Origin: Azolla caroliniana
Lineage: Eukaryota; Plantae; Polypodiophyta
Direction: 5' to 3'
DNA length: 64,000 bases
Assembly: GCA_043228905.1 (NCBI GenBank)
Contig: JBHGNT010000001.1
Span: 29,698,001 to 29,762,000 of the forward strand
Both the position numbers and the translations under genes were made by a program. Each line of letters begins with the position of its first letter. Within the stretch, counting starts at the first letter, position 1. The notes below the pieces were generated by a model. The model ran no database searches and had not been told where the DNA came from. It saw only the letters and a program-made list of their open reading frames with translations. Shown in pieces: positions 12,074-23,690 of the stretch.

Positions 12074-14970
12074 ATTTTGGATTGGATGGCACGTGTAAAG
12101 TATGCCAACTCCACCCAGCTGTAAATATCCTCTGGGACTAATTAATATATGTATGAGATGAGGAAGCTATTCGATGAATTGTATAGGTTTCACATATGGG
12201 AGCCAAGAACCATTATAAAGCCATCCAATTGTATAAGTTGTTGTGAAGCTGTCTCCCCTCTTGAAAAAGGGGCTGCAGGGCCCAAGCCCTTCGGGAAGCT
12301 AAGTTTTACAGCTTGTCTCTGTAACCTTAATAGTTATGCAAACTTTGCTGTTGTAGATATTTGGTGAATACAAGCATCTGATGTTTCGTGAGCTTAATTA
12401 AGGTGATACGTTCATGCTAAATAATGCCAATGGTTTTAATTGATAGGATGAGTTAACATTATTCTGGTTTCATGATCTTTTGTGGTATGGTTCGAGGCAT
12501 TATTCAAACCATTGGTGCTACATTCATGCTGAGTAATACCAATGGTGTGTTATGTCTTGGTAATAAGTTAACTCTCTATGTATTGAATCATTTACTTGAT
12601 TTTGTCTTTATGTTCATTGCATAACATTAAGCGAGCTCATTAAGTGAGGGGGCATTAGTTGCCAAAGGTTAATGTGCAAGCTTTGCCCCAATACAACACA
12701 TAATAGGACTGTAGATCCTTGATGAATGATAACTTATTTTACACATCATTATGTTACCATTTTGAAATTCTAAATTTCAACTCTTGCACGATAACTTTTG
12801 TGGGTTCAAGTTTTGAGTAATATTTTGATGTTGTATTTACGTATTGACATCATGCATGGTAGAAGTCTAGCCACACATTTTGTTTTATTTTAAACCATTG
12901 TCATTAACTTTTATTGTTGTTTGCAACTTAGAGTAAGTGCAAGAGAATGCTACTAAATGTGTTATCTACTTATGGTTATTCAAAAATCTTGGGAAAACTC
13001 TTTATAAGTTTAGTTTGGGATCATGCACATTAGAAGTTTGTTCCAGGCTTGCAACATTGGCATTGACTTTATTTCTACAAGGCTTGAAAATGGCACCCGT
13101 GGAATGCTAAGAAACATTTAAGTTGCTTAAGTTCATCATAGTTGATGGATCAAATTGGAGGTTAACTTGCTAAAGCTTAATTAACCACATTGGGAAAGGA
13201 GGTATGGAATGAGATAAAGGGCTATTAATATAATTAGAATATATGTTTTAGGAATGAGAAAAAGTATAACATAGTAACGTTGTTCAAAACGATGCATTAG
13301 AGTCATAATGATGAAAACAATCGATAATCACAATACAATGGTTGAGACTCGAGAGAGTGGGAGGGAGGGAAACACAAGAGTGTTGCACGATAGTAGTATT
13401 TTTGGTACACCACACAGAATGAGAGCATGCTCTAGAATATCGATCTTATAAAATACATTCCACCATTTGCAAAGTTTAATGAGTGGTAATGTACAAGGGC
13501 ATTTCTTTACTTCTTACATCTAAACTTCAAACGAAAAAGTAAAGTAAACCATGATTTACTAAGATAAATATGAATAAACAACCCTAATTTTGTTGAAAAC
13601 AATCACAATTTATCCTCGACAAAACGGGCACCTTCATAGCTTTACATTCCAAGTACATGCATAAGGTACACATGAATGACCAATGCAAACATTTGTGCAC
13701 AACATCATATATTGGTTGCATGCTTGTTGCACAAATAAACATTTGGAAAATATAGTCGAGTTATTCCATTGTTCTAACAAGGATGGTATTCATTTAGATA
13801 GAAAAGGATAGGGGTACGAGAAGAGAGGTGTCTTTCTGAGAGAAGATAATTGGCTCCCGTTGCGAGTGTTCACATTTTGATTGCAATGCTTTGTGTGGGG
13901 TCATATGTTAGGCAACATTGACACTCCACACACGAGGAGTGTGACCACGACTCTTGAATTTCATGATTCATCTTCGAGCATTGTCATGTTAGTCTTGAAA
14001 GTGATCCTTTTTCGTTGGACACTATATTATTTCACTTTTGCCAGCCAATGCTAGTAACTTTTGTCGGTTACTTTATCGTTACATTTGTCATCAAATTCCT
14101 TACTTGTTCTCGGACTACGATATCACATGCAAAGGACGAACCATGGTTTGTGGAATCACATGTACCAGGGCCATCTTGTGAGGACATGACATAAAAGATT
14201 TATAGGGCCATATCGGTCCGCTAGTGGTTACCATGTGGCTATTGTAGCATTAAGGATGCCGCCACCTCTCTCCTATTGAAGTCGGTCAAATAGTATCACA
14301 AACAAGGCTTGGGGCCTCCTTTCCATAATCAATCGACCAAGTTTGTTTGTGTCCATGCATGACAGCCCCGCGCCGTAGTGTGAACACAACCCAAAACCTA
14401 CCAATTCACACACTAGAAGAAGATGGGGGGGGGGGGGGGGGGGATCCATCTCGTTCTAGTTTGTGAGCACATTGGACAATCAACGATTCGGTGGGCACAT
14501 ATACGGGCTGAAATCGGGGGCTGTTAGTTGGGCGGGCGGGCGGGAAGTGTGGAATGGGCACATGTGTGTTGGTGGGCTTGGTAAGCATATGCTCTTTCTC
14601 ATTCATTTTATGTAATCACCTTTAGCTTGAAGAAGAAGAAGAAGAAGAAGAAGAAGAAAGAAGGAAAAGGCAAGCATATGAAGAGTAAAATGAAAGCAGT
14701 CATAGTCATCAATCATATCATCATCACTAATGTGATTGAAGAAGAAGATGTAAAAGAGTATATTCTACTCATGGGTTCTTCCCCCCCTTCCTTCTGTTTC
14801 TTCTCCATAAGTTCGTTAGAGGTCGTTGCCTCTCACACCACTTCATTTTGCTCTGTTTTTCTTTTCTTTTCTTTCTTCCTTCTTATCTCTGCTCTTTGCC
14901 CTGTCTGTTTCTTCTCTGATTCCCAAGCCCCCCCCCCCATTTTGATCAGAAACTGAGAGCTTTTAGAGCT

Positions 14971-17900
14971 ATGCCTCTTGAATGTCTTGCCTCTCTCCAT
15001 TTTTCTCAGCTTGCTCTTCGATTTCCTAATGTGTCGCCCTCTTCTTCTTCTTCTTCTTCATCATCTTTTTCTTTGGGAAACCCCTCCTCTAGATCACCCA
15101 GAAACAGAGCTTCAGATATTCATTCATATAGAACTTCAAGGTTCCATTTTCCTGCCGTAAAAGCAAGTAAAGAAGAAGAGAGAGAAGGTGTATGTGATCT
15201 TAGTCAAGATAGCCCCATTGTTGTCTGTGACGATCTGGACATCCTGTTACAGGTATTTATGTGTACGTATATATACATATATCTTAACTGCCCATCAATG
15301 CATTGCTAACTAAAACCTCGACTTCCTAGATACATTTGCCCATGAGTTTTCTCCTCTTTCTTCATTGAATGTGCGGAATTTGTTTCGAAACTGCCTGTCA
15401 TTGCACTGCAAAGTATAATTTCGACTTCTTTGATAGGTTTGCACATGTGATCTATCTTGTTTTTCTTCATTCTGTGGATTAGATTTGCCTATGTTGTAGT
15501 CTAATTGCTCATAAACACATTGCTAACTATAATTTCTGATTCTTAGATAGATTTCCTCTTGCAGTTACTCTTAATTTTTCATTTGATAAATTGGTGATGC
15601 ATGAAATTTCTTTATTGGATAAATGAGTGATGTATGGGATTTCTTCATTTGACTATTCCTCTCCAATCAGCCATCTTGTTGATTCAACCCTATCATGGGT
15701 AGAGACATATCTACCCATTATACATACCACATGAGTACAGGCATATCTATGCATCATACATACCACATGCATCAATGTTCTTTCAACCCTATCATGGCAA
15801 GAGACATCTATCTATGTACTGGTGGTGTATACGTGTGGTATCATGAACATCAAACCAAAACCTTTTGTCTAAGGGGCTACTCTTATATATCATATGATGT
15901 AAGGATCTTATGTTCCTGATCTTATATATATATATATAATATATATATATATATTATATTTCAGGTTCTCCCAGAAGATGTCAGAGAAGGGTTGATCAAT
16001 CATCCGCAAAGGGCAGAGCTTCTTGAGGTGTGAATTAATACCAATAAAAGAATTCAACATGCTTTCTATTCTATATTAATACTGTAGCCACACTTAGGGG
16101 TATTCCGTTGAACATCCAGAAGCACTTTTCTTGTGCAGGTGGTTCTAGATCTGGGCAGGCGTCCCGAAGCACGCTTTCTTGGTGATGGTGGAGGAGAGTT
16201 CCTACGACACGAAGAGGTTATTATTTCATTTTCTTTTCTTTTTCTGCTCATGATTAAGTATTAGTTTTACTGAAAAATGCTTGTTTTGTTACGAGGTAGC
16301 TACCCTTGTCAACTAATTTTTCATGTCTCTTTTTATACAATTTGTTAGCATTTCTTCATAGAAGATGATGGTATTGTTTTTCAACCCTGAAGGGAATTTT
16401 TGTTGAACCACATTTTTTATGGGAGAATGTTGGCAGATTTGATAGTATGCACTATCTCAAACTGAAAAAAATGTATGCTTTTCTACACAACAAATGTAGC
16501 ATTAGACTTATTGTTTTAGGTTTGAACCCACAAACTTTGACATTATGAAGCATAAGCCTTCTCACTTTAGGCTTGAACCCACAAACCTTAACATTATGAA
16601 GCATAAACGTTGCCAATAACAACATTATTTAATATCAATTATGGACGTATGCATTTTATATTATGCTTCAATTTGAAATATTTTGTTTTTATATTTGTTT
16701 TATTGTAGATCACTAGAGAAGACCTCGAGGTGGCACAATCGGCAATTGGGGAATTCGGAGGTGATAACCGTGCTGGTATTGAGGGTACACTCCACAGAAT
16801 CTCTGCTATTCGTAGCAGAAAGGGTGCAATTGTTGGTTTGACGTGCAGAGTTGGGCGAGCTGTCACAGGACATGTTGATATGGCAAGGAATCTTCTTGGT
16901 CTTGGCCAGAGTCTTTTATTTCTTGGAAGGTACTTCCAACAATATTCGTGCAATGTTATCTTTACTCATTCCTATCCATGAACTTTGTGCAAAAAGTTTG
17001 ATCATTAACTGTTTGAACTTTGACGTGTAGGCCAGGTGTGGGTAAAACAACAGTGATTCGGGAAATAGCCCGAGTTTTGGCGGATGATCTACAAAAGAGA
17101 GTGGTACAATGATTACATATTTAATTTTTTGTATTTTGCCTTAATGCATATTGTATGACTTCTAAATAATCTTGCAAATGATATACATGTAGTAATATAA
17201 CTTGACATGCATACTTGCTTGCAAAATAATGATATTCAAGGGTTGATATAACTTGATATGTATACATGCTTGGAAAATTATATCTAAGTGTTAATATAAT
17301 TTGACATGTATATATATTTGCAAAAGGATATGCACAGTAATATAATTCGTCTAGATGGTGCATGATCCTTTGATGTTGTAGGTGATTATTGATACAAGTA
17401 ATGAAATTGGTGGAGATGGCGATGTTCCACACCCTGCTATTGGAGGGGCAAGGAGAATGCAAGTTCCCAATCCTTCAATGCAACATAAGGTTATGGTTGA
17501 AGCTGTCGAAAACCATATGCCTGAGGTTGTGATTGTTGATGAAATTGGAACTGAGGCAGAAGCCTTGGCTTGCCGAACTATTGCCGAGAGAGGAGTTATG
17601 TTGGTCGGAACCGCCCATGGCCAATTGCTTGAAAACATAATAAAAAATCCTACATTATGTGATTTGGTATGTGTCTCATCCTTTAGATTTATTGCTTATA
17701 TTGTATTTTTTTGGTTTTACTAAATGTTGTCATAATTGTGATTAAGAATACTAATCATTATGTGATTTTGGGTACACTGTCATTATTATCATTGCCTCAA
17801 TGCAATGGTATTGATTTCAAACCCTTGGTTTGCTGAGAGTGATTTGTAAAGCTATATTGTTTCCGATCTTGAAGCTGAAAGCCATATTGCAGAAAGTGTG

Positions 17901-19525
17901 CATGATCCGAAAACTGAAAAACGTGAAGAATTCTTATAGTGAACTCTCATTTTTATAGACTCAAACCCATAATCTTAAAGCTGTAAAGCACAACCTTTAC
18001 TGTTATTATACAGTTTAACTGGGCCTTTTTAAAATGCTAAGCTCCTGAGCCTATATATGCAAGCAAATAGAGAGGCTGTTTTATGGTATTTTATATCATG
18101 TATACAGTCAATGCTTCCACATTGTATGTTAACCCTAAACATTTTGTAATGTCTTGAACATTTTGTAATTTAGTGTCTATTGAATGTGTCTGCATGTGCG
18201 TGCATATAGATAGATAGAGAGAGACCATGGGTGCCTTTTCCGATTCTTACATTTTCTTTGTCATTTGCATTGATATGATGATGGTAATGATGATGATGAA
18301 GGTGGGAGGGGTGCATTCTGTCACTCTAGGAGATGAAGAGGCTCGTTCGAGAGGTACACAAAAAAGCGTGTTGGAACGCAAGGCTCCTTCCACATTTCCT
18401 CTTCTCATTGAGATGAGAGAAAGAAGTCATTGGGTTGCACACCAGGTAAAAGTTCTCATAAAAATAAGCGTTGAAAAAAAGTTTGAGGTCATTCTTGTAA
18501 ATGTAGCCCAACATAGTCATGTGTGTTTTTAGTGGTTTTCCCTGTTATTTTCATTCCACATGATTTCTAGATATTTCATTTTTGTCTATCAGACCGATCG
18601 AAGTGTCGACTCTTTGCTTCATGGACGAAGGCCTATTGTGGAGGTTAGGGTTCTCTTTCATAAGGCCTATGTTTTAGTGTCTCTATGATTATGAATCATG
18701 ATCATTGGTATGCATATACTTATTTTACAAGTTTCAATTTGAAGCTGTTATTTTAATATTGGTTCTGATTTTTTATCTATTAGGTTCGTAAACGTGACGA
18801 GAACTACAAAGTGACAATTGAAAGGAAGATGTACGATAGTTGCTTAACAACAAGCAAAGTAGACGGAGATTATGATAATAATAGCAGTTTTGGTGCTCCT
18901 ATGCCATTTGTGTCCGATGGATTGAGACCATCCATTGAGGAGTATCAAGAAAATTATGCATGGGTATCTAAAATAGGTATGTCATACTTCAACTTTATTT
19001 TATGTGTGTTAAATTAATGTTCTTCGGGGTTGACATATTATCATTGTGTACTATGACTTCAAAGCATGATGATTATAAGTTATTTTAATATGGCCCATAT
19101 TTAGATGTCTCAAAACCAAGGACCTAGATTTCAAAAACAAAATACGAATAAAAAGGGCCTGTACTTTTTGAAATGAATTTTTCATTTCATGTTTTAGGTT
19201 TTGTATATCAGGGACGGCATTTTTCTTTTTGGGTGATTTTGATTTAGGAAAAAAGAATTCGGTATTCCTGAATTAGAATAGGATTGAGATATTAGTTTGG
19301 AATGTGTGATTGTGCAAAGATGTTGAAAATGAGAGATATATATCTATATACACAGGTTATATTGTAGACAAAGATGCCATTGCAGAGCGAGCGATGAGTA
19401 ATTACTCGGGCTCTAGCAAACGGGTTGCATGGGAAGAGTATGACGAAGAGTTTGGAGTCGGTAATCCGGGACTCTCAAGTAAAAGGGGATCGAAACGTGG
19501 TCCTCGTGGTATAAGGACAAGATAG
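14971..19525 (+). CDS. ycf45: ycf45 / SpoIIIAA-like P-loop AAA+ ATPase with putative plastid transit peptide, 10 exons, ~519 aa
   Basis: Exons 14971-15252, 15965-16027, 16139-16216, 16709-16929, 17031-17103, 17382-17666, 18302-18445, 18593-18643, 18784-18976, 19356-19525. Motifs [31 protein letters not shown], Walker [20 protein letters not shown], Walker B VIVDEIG and GTAHG. The N-terminus is Ser-rich. Confidence 0.92.
16515..16610. repeat. ~50-bp tandem duplication in ycf45 intron 3
   Basis: tttagg.ttgaacccacaaac.tt.acattatgaagcataa occurs twice. Confidence 0.85.
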
Positions 19526-22409
19526 AGAAATTTAGTTGTGATTCTTTGTAAGTACAAAGCTAACCCTTATTTCCTCCTCATTGGAGCCCATCTTGTATAG
19601 CGTGTGGATGGTGACATGTATGTAGTATCACTTGCTAATCTCTCAGCACACAAGTTGTCCTCCAGTCATATTGAGACTGGAAACATCCTGTTTCCAAGTA
19701 ATACTTGTGGATGCTTGAATCAACTTCAATTCACGTACCTTGTTGAACCTCAACTACACCACTTCTTTGGTGTAAGTTGGATTGTATCGGCGGGATGAAA
19801 GCCATGTTGGACCTTTACCTTGCTAAGGTTTTTGTTTCATTTGCCTTCCATTTTAATCGCATTTATGATCTTAGCCATCACTGTACTTATTTCAAATGTG
19901 TTCAATCTCATTTTAAAAAAACTGTGCTATTAGAGGTATTAGATTAATGCTGAAGATCACCTAAAATCCAATAAATTAATCGTAGTAATGAAATAAATGT
20001 GATGCGTATAGAGTTCAATGAATCTAGATTCAACAATCAGTTTTACCATCAGACAATTTACCATCAGACAATGTCAATGATAATCAGTTGTACTCAATTA
20101 TATGATTGGAGATACTACGATCAAATTATCTAAGCATATTAATAGATAAATGTGCTTAAGCTTGTAGAGTTACTTGTAACACAAGTGGAGTATGATCTAG
20201 CCTTTTGTTCAATGTCCTGGTTATTGCAGCTATAGCACTTCGTGTATGAGTTTTTATTTGTTTATAGTGGAAAATAAAGCTCAGTGTCTAAACCCTCCAT
20301 CAAGGAACTTGAAACTTAGTCACAGTCCCTCAGTCTCAAATCTCATAACGTTCATAAACCTACTTTGTAGACAAGTTCTTGTTTAGTGTTTGGTTTATTC
20401 CTGATTAGGTCATATAGACTTACAAAATTCACACCTTACAAACAAGAGAATAAGACCAAATTATCATATTTGCATGATGGTCATTAAAAATATTGGCACT
20501 TTTAAATTAAATTAATAGAATGACAAGCTTTATTTTCTATGTCTATGCTTATGAACTTTTTATGGATTAAAATGGCATTAGTTATGAATAATGTTTTTAA
20601 GTTAAAACTCAATCACAAGCAAATCTAACATAACTTTTAGTAATACCTTCAATGATGTCACGTCAATAATTTCATCGAAATTCAATCCCATACATTCTAA
20701 TAAGCTAAATATGTAGGATGTAAATGTTAATTAGGTCATGAAACATTGTCCATCATTGAGGCTTAACCCAAGGTTTAAACATCAATAGACATATGTATTA
20801 TGCATGTGTCTATACCTAAAGTCAGCTACATGCATTCTATTAAGACAAATTTGAGTTGTTTTGTGAGCATGTGCATCTTTTGTTCTTGAATCACGAGGTT
20901 TCAGGCTTCATGTTGTGCATATAATGATTATCATAGATCTAGATTATTGAGAGAAGATGGATGACAAGACAAAGATCATAGCAACTATTATTCCTTTCCT
21001 CGCCCATTCTAAGATCCATGTTCTCAATTGCACCAAAAGAAAGAAAATCAATTGGAAAATCAATTGATGACATGTTCCAAGCAAGTGCATCAAAGGCTTT
21101 TGAAAGTTAAGCTTCAATATGTTAAAGCCAATATGTACCTTGAGGAAAGTGCTCTCATAAACCACCAAGATTTTATATCTCAATTTAATTATAGTTAACG
21201 GATTAGTTCATTGTCATACCCATCTTGATAATGAGCCACACACTAACGTAAAAAACGATGATGGAGTATATTCATAATATCATATGAAAGCAAATGTTAA
21301 AAATGATAAAATGTTTTAACAACACCAATGCATATACAACGGTGTGTGCTTAGGATACTTATTTTCAATCACTTGCAATTATGCATTTAGATGAACATCT
21401 AATGTGGTTATGAGATTAATGAACATGGATTGTGGAAATGGAATATATTGTGATTGATAAACTCTATTAAATTCTCAATACACCCACATACACTAACTTG
21501 TATGTAGTTGGACAAATGTTATGTTTAAACACATTTTGGTTTCACCATGTTCACATAACAATTAGTGCTTCTTGTGTGTATTGTGGAGTATTTATCTTAG
21601 TCTTGGATGGTGTTGTGAAGTTTAAGCCCAATAGTATGACCATTAGTTGATATTCTCTCTTATAATTGTGTATGGTAATATTTTTCTTATGGGTTTATAA
21701 ACGATACTATTAGGCACTTGTCGAATAGAAAATAGAAGGTTGGAGAGAAAGGGGAACAATGTTGTTGTAAAGTGGAAGTATATATTATTCGAATATTTTG
21801 CCTTTTTCTTCATCCACACCACATGAAACTGTTTTTTTTTTGAGACAAGGTAGTACATTTGTCAAAACATTCAAGTGTGGATGTGATATGATGACTTAGA
21901 GCTTTGTCTGAGAATGCAATCCATGCGTTAGAAAGGGGAATGGTGTGCAAGACGATATTGATCATATCGTAAATTTATGCACATTTTTAGGTTGAGGATT
22001 GAAATCTACGTCAACTAAGTGCTTCATGAGTAGATTATTGGATTATAGTGTGATATCTAACCTTGTGACTTTCATATGTGCTCTCGTATAATTAGTAACT
22101 GCTGATTTAAACTATTTTCTCAATGTTATACAACCCTCCTAGTATGTAGCCAAACTAACTTCTTTTCTAACGTGAGCAACTATTTGTAACTATGCTCCAC
22201 AAAATCAGTTTTCTTTTGTAAAATCCACTTATTAAGACAAATAGTCCAATTATAACAATGAATACATTGGCAATGAGAGATATAGGTTATTCACACCTTC
22301 ACAAAGACCAAATATGATTTAGATGGCCCTTGAAGAGAATAACATCGATAGCGTTCAAGTATTGTTTGTTGGATATAGCTTTTTGTTGAGTCAAAAGCTT
22401 CGAGCAAGC

Positions 22410-22560
22410 AACTCACTTAGCTCCATACATTTCACCTTGAATGGTTTTCCATCGGGGAACTCAGTAGCTTTGAACCGAACATCAACAAAAACTTCTTTGT
22501 GCGATGTTTGGTTCCCTAAAAGAAAAAGGTCCTTTTAGTTCTTTGTCCATCGAGAAGGCC
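22410..22560 (-). mobile_element. Possible highly decayed Gypsy integrase C-terminal remnant
   Basis: The minus strand reads KGPF, then after a frameshift KEVFVDVRFKATEFPDGKPFKV. This resembles the GP(F/Y)...EVF...DG..FKVN tail of Ty3/Gypsy integrases. No LTRs seen. Confidence 0.25.
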
Positions 22561-23125
22561 ATGCATGAGACGACGAACTTTGGGAACACGAAAAAGGTCA
22601 AAGCTGTTACAAGACTTATGGTTGATAAGAAATGAGTATCTCAGAGGATGGTTTTTTCTTCTTTTATTTAGGAAAGAAACATGCAACCTCGACGTGTGTG
22701 TGGTGCGCTTAGTCCTCCCCTCCTCTGGCTAGGGCCCCCTCTTCCAAGTAAAGTGATGTAAAGAGATCATTATTTGAACACAGCAAATTGAGTTGTGTAT
22801 CGGAAAGGAAACCGGTGAGTTAAAAGAGAGGTGTACGTGAAGGGGGGGAACCGGCCATCTTTGCCGAGAGAGCTTACAATAACATGTGAAGGATTGAGTC
22901 CTTAGGGAAGCCGAAGAAGGGGGGCCACGGGTTCGGGCCGCCGGGAATCACGAGAGACAGACAGACAGACGCCGGAGGAAACCCCGAGAGCCTTTCGGCT
23001 AGGAGCAGAAAGCAAAAGCAAAAGCAAAAGCAAAAGGAATCCCACCCAACATAAATAGAGGAGGAAGAGGTTTCCATGTCTATTTTCGAAGAAAACAAAA
23101 ATTAGATCTACAGACTACGGTCCCA

Positions 23126-23645
23126 TGTGTGTGTGTGTGTGAGAGAGAGACACAGAGAGAGGGGTGTGTGTGTGTTTGTCAGAGAGAGAGAGAGAGAGAG
23201 AAAGAAGAGAGAGACAGAGAGAGAGAGAATGGTGGCCTGTGTTTTTAATGCTTTAGTTCTGCGTCCTCTCTCGCTCTCTCCCTCCCGCTCCACGAAATTG
23301 GTTTGACAGAAGGAAGGCAAAAGAAAGAGCGGAAAAAGGAGGAGATGTAGATGTTGAGGTGGAGGTAGAGCAGAAATGCCATTTCTCTCTATTTCTGTTT
23401 GTCTGATGCATTCCTTCTTCTTCTTCTTCTTCTTCTTCTTCTTCTTCTGATTCTGATGATGATGATGACGATGAAGTTGATGTTGATAATGATGATGATG
23501 ACAACGACGAAGAAGACGACGTTGAAAAAGAAGAAGAAAATGGAGAAATGGAAAGAGGTCGTGGATGAAGCAAAGAGACGAGCCATCGTCTGGTCCGTCT
23601 TCATCTCAGCTTTGGCTTACTTCCTCTCATGTAAGTACATATGCT

Positions 23646-23690
<45 letters not shown>
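23126..23690. repeat. Compound microsatellites (GT/GA, TTC, GAT, GAA, CT, TA) around the sorting nexin 5' end
   Basis: Directly visible simple repeats. Confidence 0.9.

Noticed and set aside
12400-14400. Intergenic DNA possibly derived from transposons (also 19900-22300, 47400-49100, 52500-53900)
   Set aside because: No LTRs, TIRs or recognisable transposase/RT motifs could be supported by eye; a repeat-library search is needed.
23253-23604. Low-complexity ORFs (poly-S/E/R/I) on the minus strand
   Set aside because: These are translations of microsatellites antisense to the sorting nexin 5' end.
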